From assembly GCF_055900595.2 (NCBI RefSeq), contig NZ_CM148325.1: a stretch of DNA of 64,000 nucleotides, one strand, 5' to 3'. Below are positions 27,037-43,250 of this stretch, piece by piece. Under the pieces are notes generated by a model that saw only the letters and a list, made by a program, of their open reading frames with translations, was not told where the DNA came from and made no database searches. Made by a program: the position numbers and the translations under genes. How positions within the stretch are numbered: position 1 is the stretch's first letter; each line of letters begins with the position of its first letter.

Positions 27037-28290
27037 TTATGCACGAATGGTGTAATCACCAATGCCGATCCACTTGTAGGTGGTCAGAGCTTCCAGCCCC
27101 ATTGGGCCGCGCGCGTGGAGTTTTTGTGTGCTTACCGCAACTTCCGCCCCCAGACCAAACTGGCCGCCGTCGGTAAAACGCGTAGAGGCGTTAACGTAAA
27201 CAGCGGAGGAATCCACTTCGTTAACAAAACGCTGGGCGTTGCGCATATCGCGGGTCAGGATCGCATCGGAATGTTGCGTGCCGTGTTCACGAATATGGGC
27301 GATGGCATCGTCAAGATCGCTGACGATTTTAACGTTCAAGTCTAATGACAGGAACTCATCGTCATACTCTTCGGCTTTAACAGCCACCACCTTCGCTGGG
27401 CCTGCCTGCAACTGCGCCAGCGCAGTTGCGTCAGCGTGTAATGTCACGCCGCTTTCCGCCATTTGCTTGCTTAATGCGGGCAGGAAGCTATCTGCGATGT
27501 TTTTATTTACCAGCAACGTTTCTACCGTATTACACGTGCTCGGGCGCTGAGTTTTCGCGTTGACAATCACTTTCAATGCTTCAGCGATCTCTGCACTTTC
27601 ATCAACGTAAATATGGCATACGCCTATACCACCTGTGATTACCGGAATCGTCGACTGCTCGCGGCACAGTTTATGCAACCCAGCCCCGCCGCGTGGGATC
27701 AGCATGTCGATGTATTTATCCATACGCAGCATTTCACTGACCAGCGCACGGTCAGGATTATCAATCGCCTGCACGGCACCCGCCGGTAAGCCACAGGATT
27801 TCAGGGCGTCCTGAATCACCGCCACCGTTGCCGCGTTAGTGCGACACGTTTCTTTGCCGCCGCGCAGGATCACCGCGTTACCTGTTTTCAGGCACAGCGA
27901 AGCAACATCTACCGTCACGTTCGGGCGCGCTTCATAAATCACGCCAATCACCCCCAGCGGCACGCGACGGCGTTCCAGACGCAGGCCGCTGTCCAGCACC
28001 CCGCCATCAATTACCTGCCCCACTGGATCGGCGAGGTTACACACCTGGCGCACATCATCGGCAATGCTTTTCAGCCGTGCGGGCGTCAGTGCCAGGCGGT
28101 CAAGCATCGCTTCGCTAAGGCCATTGGCACGCGCGTCAGCAACATCCTGGGCGTTAGCATTGAGGATGCTTTCGCTTTGTGCTTCCAGTTCATCGGCGAT
28201 TTTTTCCAGCACGCGATTTTTTTCGCGGCTGGAGAGTTGCGCTAATTTATACGAGGCTTGCTTCGCGGCAATGCCCATTTGTTCCAGCAT
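27037..28290 (-). CDS. proA: Gamma-glutamyl phosphate reductase
   Basis: 417-aa translation matches ProA. Confidence 0.95.
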   Translation of the reverse strand: MLEQMGIAAKQASYKLAQLSSREKNRVLEKIADELEAQSESILNANAQDVADARANGLSEAMLDRLALTPARLKSIADDVRQVCNLADPVGQVIDGGVLDSGLRLERRRVPLGVIGVIYEARPNVTVDVASLCLKTGNAVILRGGKETCRTNAATVAVIQDALKSCGLPAGAVQAIDNPDRALVSEMLRMDKYIDMLIPRGGAGLHKLCREQSTIPVITGGIGVCHIYVDESAEIAEALKVIVNAKTQRPSTCNTVETLLVNKNIADSFLPALSKQMAESGVTLHADATALAQLQAGPAKVVAVKAEEYDDEFLSLDLNVKIVSDLDDAIAHIREHGTQHSDAILTRDMRNAQRFVNEVDSSAVYVNASTRFTDGGQFGLGAEVAVSTQKLHARGPMGLEALTTYKWIGIGDYTIRA

Positions 28291-28301
28291 CGGCCTGCTC
28301 C

Positions 28302-29405
28302 TTAACGGGTAATCATATCATCACGGTGAACGGCAACCGGGCCGTATTCATATCCCAGTATTGCATCAATTTCTTGCGAGTGGTGTCCGGCAATACGGCG
28401 TAATGCATCGCTGTTGTAACGACTAACGCCGTGGGCGATATCGCGACCTTCGAGGTTGCAAATGCGGATGACTTCACCACGCGAGAAATTGCCAGTCACG
28501 CTTTTAATGCCTTTCGGCAACAGGGAGCTGCCGCGTTCAAGAATGGCGGCGGTTGCCCCTTCATCTACCGTGATTTCACCCGCAGGCGGCGCACCGAAAA
28601 TCCAACGTTTGCGGTTTTCAAGCGGAGTCGCCTGGGCATGGAACAGCGTACCGACGGAAATACCTTCCATCACATCACCAATGACACCCGGCTTACTGCC
28701 CGCGGCAATAATGGTGTCGATACCCGCACGGCAAGCCACGTCCGCGGCCTGCAATTTAGTGCTCATGCCGCCGGTTCCAAGACCTGAAACGCTGTCACCA
28801 GCAATCGCGCGCAGAGCGTCATCAATGCCGTACACATCTTTAATCAGTTCTGCCTGCGGATTGCTACGCGGATCAGCGGTATACAAACCTTTTTGATCGG
28901 TCAGCAACAACAGTTTATCGGCACCCGCCAGAATCGCCGCCAGCGCCGAAAGGTTATCGTTATCGCCGACTTTAATCTCTGCAGTAGCGACAGCATCGTT
29001 CTCATTGATTACCGGAACGATGTTGTTATCGAGCAGCGCACGCAAGGTGTCGCGGGCGTTCAGGAAGCGTTCACGGTCTTCCATATCAGCACGAGTTAGC
29101 AGCATCTGCCCGACGTGAATGCCATAAATCGAAAACAGCTGTTCCCACAGTTGAATCAGTCGACTCTGCCCTACCGCCGCCAGAAGTTGTTTCGAGGCAA
29201 TAGTCGCTGGCAGTTCCGGGTAACCCAGGTGCTCACGTCCGGCGGCAATCGCCCCCGACGTCACAATTACAATCCGATGCCCGGCGGCATGTAGCTGCGC
29301 GCACTGGCGAACAAGTTCAACGATATGGGCACGGTTCAGGCGGCGCGATCCGCCTGTTAGCACACTGGTGCCGAGTTTTACCACCAGCGTCTGGCTGTCA
29401 CTCAT
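28302..29405 (-). CDS. proB: Glutamate 5-kinase
   Basis: Start moved to [16 protein letters not shown] (367 aa). Confidence 0.95.
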
Positions 29406-29692
29406 GATTCTCTGCCATTCAATTTTAGGGAAAATGATATCAAACGAACGTTTTAGCAGGACTGTCGCCGGTTGCCAACCATCTGCAAGCAAAGCATGGC
29501 GTTTTGTTGCGCGGGATCAGCAAGCGTAGCGGCAGTTGTTTACGCTTTTATTACAGATTTAATAAATTACCACATTTTAAGAATATCATTAATCTGTAAT
29601 ATATCTTTAACAATCTCAGGTTAAAAACTTTCCTGTTTTCAACGGGACACTCCCGCTGAATATTCGCGCGTTAATTAAAATCAGGAATGAAA

Positions 29693-30748
29693 ATGAAAAA
29701 GAGCACTCTGGCATTAGTGGTGATGGGCATTGTGGCATCGGCATCCGTACAGGCCGCAGAAATATATAACAAAGACGGTAATAAACTGGATATCTATGGC
29801 AAAGTTAAAGCCATGCATTATATGAGCGATAATGACAGTAAAGATGGCGACCAAAGTTATATCCGTTTTGGTTTTAAAGGCGAAACACAAATTAACGATC
29901 AACTGACCGGTTATGGTCGCTGGGAAGCAGAGTTTGCCGGAAATAAAGCAGAGAGTGATACTGCTCAGCAAAAAACGCGTCTTGCCTTTGCCGGGTTGAA
30001 ATATAAAGATTTGGGTTCTTTCGACTATGGTCGTAACCTGGGGGCGCTGTATGACGTGGAAGCCTGGACCGATATGTTCCCGGAATTCGGCGGCGATTCC
30101 TCCGCGCAGACCGACAACTTTATGACCAAACGCGCCAGCGGACTGGCAACGTATCGGAACACCGACTTCTTCGGCGTTATCGATGGTCTGAACTTAACCC
30201 TGCAATATCAAGGAAAAAACGAAAACCGCGACGTTAAAAAGCAAAACGGTGATGGCTTCGGCACGTCATTGACATATGACTTTGGCGGCAGCGATTTTGC
30301 CATTAGTGGGGCCTATACCAACTCCGATCGCACCAACGAGCAGAACCTGCAAAGCCGTGGCACGGGCAAGCGTGCAGAAGCATGGGCAACAGGCCTGAAA
30401 TACGATGCCAATAATATTTACCTGGCAACTTTCTATTCTGAAACGCGTAAAATGACGCCAATCTCTGGCGGCTTTGCCAATAAGACGCAGAACTTTGAAG
30501 CAGTCGCTCAATACCAATTCGACTTTGGCCTGCGTCCATCGCTGGGTTATGTCTTATCGAAAGGGAAAGATATTGAGGGCATCGGTGATGAGGATCTGGT
30601 CAATTATATTGATGTCGGTGCTACATATTATTTCAACAAAAATATGTCAGCGTTTGTTGATTATAAAATCAACCAACTGGACAGCGATAACAAATTAAAT
30701 ATTAATAATGATGATATTGTCGCGGTTGGGATAACCTATCAGTTTTAA
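29693..30748 (+). CDS. phoE: Outer membrane phosphoporin PhoE
   Basis: [31 protein letters not shown]...; second in-frame ATG chosen. Confidence 0.95.
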   Translation: MKKSTLALVVMGIVASASVQAAEIYNKDGNKLDIYGKVKAMHYMSDNDSKDGDQSYIRFGFKGETQINDQLTGYGRWEAEFAGNKAESDTAQQKTRLAFAGLKYKDLGSFDYGRNLGALYDVEAWTDMFPEFGGDSSAQTDNFMTKRASGLATYRNTDFFGVIDGLNLTLQYQGKNENRDVKKQNGDGFGTSLTYDFGGSDFAISGAYTNSDRTNEQNLQSRGTGKRAEAWATGLKYDANNIYLATFYSETRKMTPISGGFANKTQNFEAVAQYQFDFGLRPSLGYVLSKGKDIEGIGDEDLVNYIDVGATYYFNKNMSAFVDYKINQLDSDNKLNINNDDIVAVGITYQF

Positions 30749-30786
30749 TGGAGATTGCCGGATGCGGCGCATCCGGCACTTTTCAC

Positions 30787-31245
<459 letters not shown>

Positions 31246-32490
31246 TTAACACAATCGTTTTTCGATCCAGCTCGTGATTTCCTGAAGACCTTTGTCAAAA
31301 TTCCGATACACCGGATTAAACGGAATCTCTAACAATTTACCATCAGCAGATGATGAGGTGATTAAGCGTGAGTCCTCTTCCGGGCTGAACGGATCGTTCT
31401 TCCAGTAGCCTGATAACATTGGCGTTGGGCAGCGACGGCCCAGCAATCCTTGCACTTTTAATGAATAACGATTCAGTTCCACACGCAACGCTTCATCGGA
31501 AGCATCATGCATCCCCAAACGACTCGCCAGAACGTCAAGATACATTTCCGGCACCTGTTGCTGGCACTTAAAATCACTCAACAGGGTATGAACTACCGGA
31601 CCAAGACAGGCAACCGCTTTCAGACGCGGCGATTCAAGATATGCCAGACGCACAGCAACGTTAGAGCCAAAACGGAAACCAAAGGCCGCGACACGGGTGT
31701 GATCCACCCACGGGACGTTAGGCAGCGCCTTTAAGACGTGCTGATGCAACAGGCTGGAGTCCTGGGTGAGCTTCCATTTTGAAGAAAAGCCCACCGACGG
31801 CATATCAATAGTCAGCATCGCAATGCCGCGCGGGGCAAAATAACGTTCATACAGACTGTAATAATCCGTCTGCATCGCATCCAGACCACCACACATTAAT
31901 ACCGTCGGGAACGGGCCATCGCCTTTCGGCATATGCAAAAAGCCGGTGATGGGCGCACCGCCTGGTACGGTAAACTCCATCTGCCGCATCGTGCCCGGCA
32001 GACGTTGGGCGGCCTCTTCATAGGCACGGTTTGACAAAGCCTGCGCTTGCTCGGCCAGGTCATCCCCTTTCAGATGAGGATAGGCGGCAATGTTGTACAA
32101 CGTGGCCGCATGCAGCCAGTGACGACCACTGAGTTGTGGATCTTCTTCCGCACAAGCTTTTTGTTGCCACACCATCGCCTGGGTGGCCCATTCATAAATC
32201 CAGTTGCCGCCGCGGTAGCCAATCACCGTATCGTATAAATCATCGTCGGTACGTTCAGCATCGCTCATCACAATACGCGCCTGAACGTCGAGGATTTCAC
32301 GTGGGTCAATGCCGCGCCAGATCCACATCAGACGGTTTATCATGCGATACCAGTGGGGGATGGTTTTACCATCAAGGGCCGACTGCACAGGCGGTTGTGC
32401 GCCGTGATTAAAGCGGCGGACTAGCGTCGAGGTTTCAGGATGTTTAAAGCGGGGTTTGAACAGGGTTTCGCTCAGGTTTGCCTGTGTCAT
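31246..32490 (-). CDS. frsA: Esterase FrsA (fermentation/respiration switch protein)
   Basis: 414-aa translation [27 protein letters not shown]... Confidence 0.95.
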   Translation of the reverse strand: MTQANLSETLFKPRFKHPETSTLVRRFNHGAQPPVQSALDGKTIPHWYRMINRLMWIWRGIDPREILDVQARIVMSDAERTDDDLYDTVIGYRGGNWIYEWATQAMVWQQKACAEEDPQLSGRHWLHAATLYNIAAYPHLKGDDLAEQAQALSNRAYEEAAQRLPGTMRQMEFTVPGGAPITGFLHMPKGDGPFPTVLMCGGLDAMQTDYYSLYERYFAPRGIAMLTIDMPSVGFSSKWKLTQDSSLLHQHVLKALPNVPWVDHTRVAAFGFRFGSNVAVRLAYLESPRLKAVACLGPVVHTLLSDFKCQQQVPEMYLDVLASRLGMHDASDEALRVELNRYSLKVQGLLGRRCPTPMLSGYWKNDPFSPEEDSRLITSSSADGKLLEIPFNPVYRNFDKGLQEITSWIEKRLC

Positions 32491-32581
32491 GGATGCAGCC
32501 TCCAGAATACTTACTGGAAACTATTGTAACCTGCCTGAAGTTAAAAAGAACAACGCCCGGCAGTGCCAGGCGTTGAAAAGA

Positions 32582-33040
32582 TTAGCGCCCGGAGATTGGC
32601 GGGACGAATACGACGCCCATATCCCACGGTTGTTCAATCCAGGTATCTTGTGGGATATCAACAACATAATCATCAACCAGCGGACGACCTGCCGGTTTAG
32701 CGAAGATGGTGACAAAGTGCGCTTTTGGATACATTTCACGAATCGCAACCGCAGTACCGCCGGTATCCACCAGATCATCAATAACGATGAAGCCTTCGCC
32801 ATCGCCTTCTGCGCGTTTCAGCACTTTAAGCTCGCGCTGGTTGTCGTGATCGTAGCTGGAAATACAAACGGTATCGACATGACGAATACCCAGTTCACGC
32901 GCCAGTAACGCACCCGGTACCAGACCGCCACGGCTTACGGCAATAATGCCTTTCCATTGTTCAGAAGGCATCAGTCGGCTTGCGAGTTTACGTGCATGGA
33001 TCTGCAACATGTCCCAGGTGACGATGTATTTTTCGCTCAT
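32582..33040 (-). CDS. gpt: Xanthine-guanine phosphoribosyltransferase
   Basis: 152-aa translation [23 protein letters not shown]... Confidence 0.95.
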
Positions 33041-33300
33041 GTGAAGTGTCCCAGCCTGTTTATCTACGGCTTAAAAAGTGTTCGAGGGGAAAATAGGTTG
33101 CGCGAGATTATAGAGATCTGACGCACTAAAAACCAGTATTTCACATGAGTCCGCGTCTTTTTACGCACAGCCTCTCCCTGACGCGGGATAAAGTGGTATT
33201 CTCAAACATATCTCGCAAGCCTGTCTTGTGTTGACAACATTTTCTGCTAACCCTGTGACCTGCAATACTGTTTTGCGGGTGATCGACAAGGAGACTTAAC

Positions 33301-34758
33301 GTGTCTGAACTGTCTCAATTATCTCCACAGCCGCTGTGGGATATTTTTGCCAAAATCTGTTCTATTCCTCACCCGTCCTATCATGAAGAGCAACTCGCTG
33401 AATACATTGTTGGTTGGGCAAAAGAGAAAGGTTTCCATGTCGAACGCGATCAGGTGGGTAATATCCTGATTCGTAAACCTGCTACCGCAGGTATGGAAAA
33501 TCGTAAACCAGTCGTCTTGCAGGCCCACCTCGATATGGTGCCGCAGAAAAATAACGATACCGTGCACGATTTCACTAAAGATCCTATCCAGCCTTATATT
33601 GATGGCGAATGGGTTAAAGCGCGCGGTACCACGCTGGGTGCGGATAACGGCATTGGTATGGCCTCTGCACTGGCGGTTCTGGCTGACGAAAACGTGGTTC
33701 ACGGCCCGCTGGAAGTGCTGCTAACCATGACCGAAGAAGCCGGTATGGACGGGGCGTTCGGCTTACAGAGCAACTGGTTGCAGGCTGACATTCTGATTAA
33801 CACCGACTCCGAAGAAGAAGGTGAAATCTACATGGGTTGTGCTGGGGGTATCGACTTCACCTCCAACCTGCATTTAGATCGTGAAGCGGTTCCAGCTGGT
33901 TTTGAAACCTTCAAGTTAACCTTAAAAGGTCTGAAAGGCGGTCACTCCGGCGGTGAAATCCACGTTGGCCTGGGTAATGCCAACAAACTGCTGGTGCGCT
34001 TCCTGGCGGGTCATGCGGAAGAGCTGGACCTGCGCCTTATCGATTTCAACGGTGGCACACTGCGTAACGCCATCCCGCGTGAAGCCTTTGCGACCATCGC
34101 TGTCGCAGCTGATAAAGTCGACGCCCTGAAAACGCTGGTGAATACCTATCAGGAGATCCTGAAAAACGAGCTGGCAGAGAAAGAGAAAAATCTGGCATTG
34201 CTGCTGGACTCTGTTGCGAACGATAAAGCTGCCCTGATTGCGAAATCTCGCGATACCTTTATTCGTCTGCTGAACGCCACCCCGAACGGTGTGATCCGCA
34301 ACTCCGACGTGGCAAAAGGCGTGGTTGAAACCTCACTGAACGTCGGTGTCGTGACCATGACCGACAACAACGTAGAAATTCACTGCCTGATCCGTTCTCT
34401 GATCGACAGCGGTAAAGACTACGTGGTGAGCATGCTGGATTCGCTGGGTAAACTGGCAGGCGCGAAAACCGAAGCGAAAGGCGCATATCCTGGCTGGCAG
34501 CCGGACGCTAACTCTCCGGTGATGCATCTGGTACGTGAAACCTATCAGCGTCTGTTCAACAAGACGCCGAACATCCAGATTATTCACGCGGGTCTGGAAT
34601 GTGGCCTGTTTAAAAAGCCGTATCCGGAAATGGACATGGTTTCTATCGGGCCAACCATCACCGGTCCACACTCTCCGGATGAGCAAGTTCACATCGAAAG
34701 CGTAGGCCATTACTGGACACTGCTGACAGAACTGCTGAAAGAAATTCCGGCGAAGTAA
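33301..34758 (+). CDS. pepD: Cytosol non-specific dipeptidase (aminoacyl-histidine dipeptidase)
   Basis: 485 aa, GTG start, MSELSQLSPQPLWDIFAKICSIPHPSYHEE... Confidence 0.95.
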   Translation: MSELSQLSPQPLWDIFAKICSIPHPSYHEEQLAEYIVGWAKEKGFHVERDQVGNILIRKPATAGMENRKPVVLQAHLDMVPQKNNDTVHDFTKDPIQPYIDGEWVKARGTTLGADNGIGMASALAVLADENVVHGPLEVLLTMTEEAGMDGAFGLQSNWLQADILINTDSEEEGEIYMGCAGGIDFTSNLHLDREAVPAGFETFKLTLKGLKGGHSGGEIHVGLGNANKLLVRFLAGHAEELDLRLIDFNGGTLRNAIPREAFATIAVAADKVDALKTLVNTYQEILKNELAEKEKNLALLLDSVANDKAALIAKSRDTFIRLLNATPNGVIRNSDVAKGVVETSLNVGVVTMTDNNVEIHCLIRSLIDSGKDYVVSMLDSLGKLAGAKTEAKGAYPGWQPDANSPVMHLVRETYQRLFNKTPNIQIIHAGLECGLFKKPYPEMDMVSIGPTITGPHSPDEQVHIESVGHYWTLLTELLKEIPAK

Positions 34759-34814
34759 TTTTTTGATTTGCTGCCGGATGGCGTTTGATCGCCTTCCGGC
34801 AGTTTCATCCTTTC

Positions 34815-35429
34815 TTATCCTTCGATAAAAGCCATCCCTGTAAACGTCCGTCGCGGGTTGCCACGTTCAATCTGGTGATGGAACATTCGCCGCTGCGATT
34901 TCAGCGCCGCGCTATTTTCCTGTTGCTGTTGCTCCAGCTTCCAGGCAATCAGCAATCGCGCCAGCCGTTTGTTGGCATGTTGGCTGCGCTCTGACTGAAC
35001 CTTCACGCTAATCCCGGATGCCAGATGCGTGGCGCGTACCGCCGAGTCGGTTTTATTGACATGTTGACCGCCCGGCCCCGACGAACGCAGCGTCTCATAA
35101 TGGATCGCATCGGATTGCTCCTGCTCATCTGCAGTAAAACGCCCAATGCCCAGAAACCAGTTTTTGCGCCCATGATGAGGGCGATACGGACTCGGACAAA
35201 TCCACTGGATAGTGCCACACCAGCTTTCGCTTAGTGCCCATGCGTTGTCGCCATCAAGTGAAACCAGCGCCGAACGCAGTGTGTCAGAGTAGCGACCCGT
35301 TTCTGTTTCCAGCACCGTTACCGCGACGTCTTGTCGGGCAGCTTCTTTAATCAGCCTGTCCAGTGCCTTTTTCACTGCGAGACAACATTCTTCCGGCCCC
35401 TGAGCTGAGGAGAGTTGTAGCAAGATCAT
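34815..35429 (-). CDS. prfH: Peptide chain release factor homolog PrfH (apparently intact)
   Basis: GGQ motif [10 protein letters not shown]; start MILLQL... overlaps upstream RtcB stop (ATGA). Confidence 0.85.
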   Translation of the reverse strand: MILLQLSSAQGPEECCLAVKKALDRLIKEAARQDVAVTVLETETGRYSDTLRSALVSLDGDNAWALSESWCGTIQWICPSPYRPHHGRKNWFLGIGRFTADEQEQSDAIHYETLRSSGPGGQHVNKTDSAVRATHLASGISVKVQSERSQHANKRLARLLIAWKLEQQQQENSAALKSQRRMFHHQIERGNPRRTFTGMAFIEG

Positions 35430-36565
35430 CCTTTTTTCCCTCCACTGTTTTTGAGCGTCAGCACCGGACGCAGTCGCGCGACAGGAATAATTAAACCGGC
35501 CTGCACCAGACATTGCACCACACTTTCAGCCGATTTATAGGCTTGTGGCGCTTCTTCAAAGATGAGTTGTTTATCGCGACAAATTACCCGACTGCCAAGT
35601 TCAGTACGTGAGAGTTGCGTCGCCGTGTATTTCGCTGCCAGACGCCCTTTACACTCGGTGCGCCCCCATTTACGCCCTGCCCCATGCGCCAGTGAGTGAA
35701 GCGTTTTTTCGTTCGCAACAGGTTTAACCAGCCAGGAGTAATCACCGCGTGAACCGGGAATAATCACCAGACCGTTGTCATCCGGCGTAGCCCCTTTACG
35801 GTGTAACCATCCTTGTTGATCGCCGATTCGACATGCGCTAACAAAGTTATGCGCCACATCCAGAACCGAATTTCCGTTGGCCTTAACTTGTTGCATTATG
35901 CGCAAAGCGATCAGCTGGCGATTAATACGCGCAAACGCCAGCGCATCATCATGTTCCGCAATATAACTTAGCGCGTCGTCACTGCCTTCCGGCAAACCAT
36001 GATGCGAAAACGAGGCAATATGCCGCTGTAAAATAGACTGCCCTAAACCACGCGAGCCGCTATGGACCAGCAGTTGCAGATGCTGCGCATCCAGACCTGA
36101 CAGTGCAAACAGTTCCGCGTCGATGATTTGATCAATCTGTTGCAGTTCTGCAAAGTGGTTACCGCCACCGATAGAGCCAAGCGCGCAGCGCCACGGATGC
36201 TGTGCAAACGCTGACGGCAGGTTTTCCTCCAGCCAGCTTTCTTCAGCAACGTCATCCAGCGCAGATAATCGCTTTTCAAACTTATCGGCGTTGTATTTAC
36301 GCGCGAGAATATCTGTTTGCCATAGCGCCATACCGCAGCCGATATCATTGCCGACCAGTGCCGGGTAAAAACGGCCTACGGAGAAGAACGCTGCGCCAAT
36401 CGGATAGCCGCGTCCGGGGTGCAAATCTGGCATCCCCACTACGCGCTGCATGTTGGGTAAATTTGCCGTGGTGTGTAATTGTTGGATCGCTGAACTCTCG
36501 ATCCACAGGTCATCAGATGCGATGGTAAATACCGCATCGGATAAGGGACGAATATATTTGCCCAT
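35426..36565 (-). CDS. RtcB-family RNA ligase homolog (prfH partner)
   Basis: 379 aa; position immediately upstream of prfH; RtcB-like GGNHFAE region. Confidence 0.75.
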   Translation of the reverse strand: MGKYIRPLSDAVFTIASDDLWIESSAIQQLHTTANLPNMQRVVGMPDLHPGRGYPIGAAFFSVGRFYPALVGNDIGCGMALWQTDILARKYNADKFEKRLSALDDVAEESWLEENLPSAFAQHPWRCALGSIGGGNHFAELQQIDQIIDAELFALSGLDAQHLQLLVHSGSRGLGQSILQRHIASFSHHGLPEGSDDALSYIAEHDDALAFARINRQLIALRIMQQVKANGNSVLDVAHNFVSACRIGDQQGWLHRKGATPDDNGLVIIPGSRGDYSWLVKPVANEKTLHSLAHGAGRKWGRTECKGRLAAKYTATQLSRTELGSRVICRDKQLIFEEAPQAYKSAESVVQCLVQAGLIIPVARLRPVLTLKNSGGKKG

Positions 36566-36810
36566 GTATCATTCCATTTATACTCGTCATACTTCAAGTT
36601 GCATGTACTGCGACTCGAATTATTTAGAGTATATAAATATAAAAATCAGGAAATGGCAGACGAATCCAGGGCAAGAAAAAAAGAATTAATCCTGGAAAGG
36701 TCTGCAAAGAGTCATTGATAAAGGATTTTTCATGATTTACCTCCTTGCAGTTTGTGGAATAAGAAAACGCGCACATATTAGGCGGGCGTTATTTTCATTG
36801 CAAGCTGGAT

Positions 36811-37263
36811 TTAATGTTGCGGTTTATATCGCATATGAAAATTAGTAAACCACGCTCCCCGGCATTCAACGCGTTGCTGCTTAACTGTCTGAAAACCATA
36901 ACGTTCAAAAAAGGGTTTTGCGGTTATGCTGGCGTCCACCGTAAGTTCGGATTCAGACTTAATCAAAGGTTTTAACAAAGCGCTGGCAACCCCACGGCGA
37001 GTATATTCAGGGTCAACAAATAACATATCGATATAATGTTCAATGCGGGAAATAAAACCAACCGGTTGTGCATTAATCACAGCAACTCGCACTTGTGATT
37101 TCGCGAGTTGCTCTTTCCAGCGAGATTCGTCAATCTGCGCCCAGGCGGCAATTTGTTGTGGTGAATAATGCTGACTGGCGGTCATCGTAACCGCTCTAAT
37201 GAAAATAGCGCATAGTTGCTGAAAATCGCAAGGCTGATAGTTTCTTATTTGTATGTTATTCAT
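36811..37263 (-). CDS. yafP: GNAT-family acetyltransferase YafP
   Basis: 150 aa, overlaps dinB stop; yafN-yafO not present between dinB and yafP. Confidence 0.85.
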   Translation of the reverse strand: MNNIQIRNYQPCDFQQLCAIFIRAVTMTASQHYSPQQIAAWAQIDESRWKEQLAKSQVRVAVINAQPVGFISRIEHYIDMLFVDPEYTRRGVASALLKPLIKSESELTVDASITAKPFFERYGFQTVKQQRVECRGAWFTNFHMRYKPQH

Positions 37264-38315
37264 AATCCCAGCACCAGTTGTCTTTCCATTTGCGGATCCA
37301 GCAACGTCACATGCAGCCCCACCAGCCGCACACCGCGCCCGCCACGGCGTTCATCCCAGGTTTTACGCGCAGTGGCGATCAAGTCAGCTTTATTCAGCCG
37401 CGGCCAGACGTGTTCCTGGGTGGTTTGCTGAAAATCGTCGAACTTTAATTTCACCCCCTGGCGGGCAATCAGTAAATCAGGTTTTACCTTTGCCAGACGA
37501 CGTTCAAGTTCCGGGTACAACCGCTCGATGATCGCTTCACATTCAGACCAGTGATGAATATCTTCCGCCATGGTGCGTTCTACACCGACGGATTTTCGCA
37601 ACCTTTCGCTGTTAACGTCGCGCTCGTCAATGCCCTGGCTACGCTCCCACAAAATGCGGCCAAATTTGCCAAAGCGTTTAAGCAACGTCACCAGATCACA
37701 CTTTTGTACATCGCCACAGGTTCGTAGCCCCATCGCTTCCAGTTTTGCCGCCGAGACTTTGCCGACACCGGGAATTTTTGCCAGCGGTAAGGTTTGCAGA
37801 AATGCCGGAACTTCTGCCGGCGTAATCACAAACTGACCGTTGGGTTTATTCATGTCTGAGGCGATTTTGGCGAGAAACTTGACCGGCGCAACGCCCGCAG
37901 ACGCCGTCAGTTGCAGCTCGTTGAAGATCGTCTGGCGGATTTCCTGAGCGATAAGGGTCGCAGAGCCGTGGCAATGGACACTATCGGTGACGTCGAGATA
38001 GGCTTCATCCAGTGACAGCGGCTCAATACGCGATGTGTAGCGAGAGAAGATTTCGCGGATATGATTTGACGCTTCTTTGTAGGCGTCAAAGCGCCCTGGA
38101 AGCAAGGTGAGATGCGGACACAGTTTGAGCGCCATGCCGGTTGGCATTGCGCTACGCACGCCAAATTTACGCGCGGGATAATTGGCGGTGCTGATCACCC
38201 CCCGGCGTTCGCGGCTGCCGCCAATAGCAATAGGGATATCGCGCAGGGCGGGATTGTCGCGCATCTCCACCGCGGCGAAAAAGCAGTCCATATCCACATG
38301 AATGATTTTACGCAT
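37260..38315 (-). CDS. dinB: DNA polymerase IV
   Basis: 351 aa [33 protein letters not shown]... Confidence 0.95.
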   Translation of the reverse strand: MRKIIHVDMDCFFAAVEMRDNPALRDIPIAIGGSRERRGVISTANYPARKFGVRSAMPTGMALKLCPHLTLLPGRFDAYKEASNHIREIFSRYTSRIEPLSLDEAYLDVTDSVHCHGSATLIAQEIRQTIFNELQLTASAGVAPVKFLAKIASDMNKPNGQFVITPAEVPAFLQTLPLAKIPGVGKVSAAKLEAMGLRTCGDVQKCDLVTLLKRFGKFGRILWERSQGIDERDVNSERLRKSVGVERTMAEDIHHWSECEAIIERLYPELERRLAKVKPDLLIARQGVKLKFDDFQQTTQEHVWPRLNKADLIATARKTWDERRGGRGVRLVGLHVTLLDPQMERQLVLGL

Positions 38316-38385
38316 TGCTCACCTCTCAATACTGGTAAAGTATACAGTGATTTCAGAGTTTGAGAAAAGCGTAAAGATTCAGCAT

Positions 38386-39170
38386 TTAACGCGTTCGCTG
38401 CGAAAGCACCTGCTGCTTATCCAGCTTTTTCACCAGCGGCTGCACCACCTTATCCCCATGCTGACCAAAATATTGATACAACGTATCGGACGCGCTTTTG
38501 GTGAGCACCATAATCTCAATGCGCCGGTTACCCGCGCTTTGTGGGTTTTTGGCATCCAGCAGCATCTGGTCCGCCATCGCGCTTACCTGCATCACTTTAT
38601 CTTCCGGCATCCCGGCGTCTTCCAGCACCCGACGGGCCGAGAGCGCGCGGTCACCCGAAAGGTTCCAGTTGTTGTAGATATTGCTTTTATAGGCCATCGC
38701 ATCGGTATGCCCGGTAATAATAATTTTGTTGTCGAGCGAGTCGAATACCGGCGCGAGTTCCACCAGCAGCGTTTTAAAGAACGGCATAATCTTCGCGCTG
38801 CCGCGTTCAAACATATTGCGGTTCTGGTCATCTTTAATCAGCACGCGTAATCCCTGCGGGACAATCTCCATCTCCAGATTGGCTTCCATATGCGCATCGC
38901 GGGCGATGGTGTTGATACTGGTCGCCAGCTCGCCAAGCTCAGTGGCAGACTTCTTCTTCACTAGCGCCGTTTTCTCGTTGACGTCGCGGGCTTTTTTCTC
39001 CGTCTCTTCCGGCACCGCCACGGTGGCAGGTTTCGGCGGATGCGTCGGGCTGATTTTATTTAACGGCGACAGCCCGCCGCCATTGAAAATCGACTGCCCG
39101 TGCAGCGCGGCGATAATGCTTTCACGCTCAGATTTACTAACACTGTTGACAATCAACTTTATTGTCGTCA
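38386..39170 (-). pseudogene. lafU: Flag-2 MotB-like protein LafU, 5'-truncated remnant (approximate boundary)
   Basis: OmpA/MotB C-terminal domain ITGHTDAMAYKSNIYNNWNLSGDRALSARRVL...; N-terminal region overlaps lfhA fragment. Confidence 0.65.
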
Positions 39171-40855
39171 CCAAAGGGGCCGAGCGTATTTCCGAGGTTT
39201 CTGCCCGTTTTACCCTGGACGCGATGCCCGGCAAGCAGATGGCGATTGACGCCGATCTTAACGCCGGGTTGATCAACCAGGCGCAGGCGCAGACCCGCCG
39301 CAAAGATGTTGCCAGCGAGGCCGATTTCTACGGCGCGATGGACGGGGCATCGAAGTTTGTGCGCGGGGATGCCATCGCCGGGATGATGATTCTGGCGATC
39401 AACCTGATTGGCGGCGTTTGTATCGGGATCTTCAAATACAACCTGAGCGCCGATGCCGCCTTCCAGCAGTATGTGCTGATGACCATCGGTGACGGCCTGG
39501 TGGCGCAGATCCCTTCCCTGCTGCTCTCCACCGCGGCGGCGATTATCGTCACCCGCGTCAGCGACAACGGCGATATCGCCCATGATGTGCGCCACCAGCT
39601 GCTGGCAAGCCCGTCGGTGCTCTACACCGCCACCGGGATTATGTTCGTGCTGGCGGTGGTGCCGGGAATGCCGCACTTCCCGTTCCTGATGTTCAGCGCC
39701 TTGCTTGGCTTTACCGGCTGGCGAATGAGCAAACGCCCGCAGGCGGCGGAGGCGGAAGAGAAAAGCCTCGAAACGCTGACCCGCACAATCACTGAAACCA
39801 GCGAGCAACAGGTCAGTTGGGAAACCATTCCGCTGATCGAGCCCATCAGTTTAAGCCTCGGTTACAAACTGGTGGCGCTGGTGGATAAAGCGCAGGGCAA
39901 CCCGCTCACCCAGCGTATTCGCGGCGTGCGGCAGGTGATTTCCGACGGCAACGGCGTGCTGCTGCCGGAGATCCGCATTCGCGAAAACTTCCGCCTCAAG
40001 CCCAGTCAGTACGCCATTTTCATCAACGGCATTAAGGCCGATGAAGCGGATATTCCGGCGGATAAGCTGATGGCTCTGCCCTCCAGTGAAACCTACGGTG
40101 AGATTGACGGCGTGCTGGGGAACGACCCGGCGTACGGGATGCCGGTGACCTGGATCCAGCCTGCGCAGAAAGCGAAGGCGCTGAATATGGGGTATCAGGT
40201 GATCGACAGCGCCAGCGTAATTGCCACGCATGTGAATAAGATTGTGCGCAGCTATATTCCTGATTTGTTTAACTATGACGATATTACTCAGCTGCATAAC
40301 CGTTTGTCGTCGATGGCACCGCGCCTGGCGGAGGATTTGAGTGCGGCGCTGAATTACAGCCAGTTGCTGAAAGTGTACCGGGCACTGCTGACCGAAGGCG
40401 TTTCCCTGCGCGATATCGTCACCATCGCCACCGTGCTGGTCGCCAGTAGCACCGTCACCAAAGATCATATTCTGCTGGCGGCCGATGTGCGCCTGGCACT
40501 GCGGCGCAGCATTACCCATCCGTTCGTTCGCAAGCAGGAGCTGGCGGTGTATACGCTGAATAATGAACTGGAAAATCTGCTGACCAACGTGGTGAATCAG
40601 GCGCAACAGGGCGGCAAAGTGATGCTTGATAGCGTGCCAGTGGACCCGAATATGCTCAACCAGTTCCAGAGTACGATGCCGCAGGTAAAAGAGCAGATGA
40701 AAGCGGCGGGGAAAGACCCGGTGCTGCTGGTGCCGCCGCAGCTGCGCCCGTTGCTGGCGCGTTATGCGAAGTTGTTTGCGCCGGGGTTGCATGTGCTGTC
40801 GTATAACGAAGTGCCGGATGAGCTGGAGTTGAAGATAATGGGGGCGTTGATGTAG
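39171..40855 (+). pseudogene. lfhA: Flag-2 FlhA-like export protein LfhA, 5'-truncated remnant (approximate boundary)
   Basis: FlhA motif GAERISEVSARFTLDAMPGKQMAIDADL begins mid-ORF; no membrane N-terminus. Confidence 0.65.
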
Positions 40856-40857
40856 GT

Positions 40858-40990
<133 letters not shown>

Positions 40991-41000
40991 AACCTGCGCG

Positions 41001-42981
<1,981 letters not shown>

Positions 42982-43106
42982 AAATCGCGGAAGGGATGAA
43001 ACAACAGCGCCTGACGGCGCTGTGTCTGGCATGCCTGCAATCCGGGAGACTGGACCAGGAAAAAACTTGCAGGCCGTAACAGTATCTACTGTTAAAGCAC
43101 AGATTT

Positions 43107-43247
<141 letters not shown>

Positions 43248-43250
<3 letters not shown>

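Noticed and set aside
28064-29099. ORFs overlapping proA and proB on the plus strand
   Set aside because: Antisense to well-recognised housekeeping genes.
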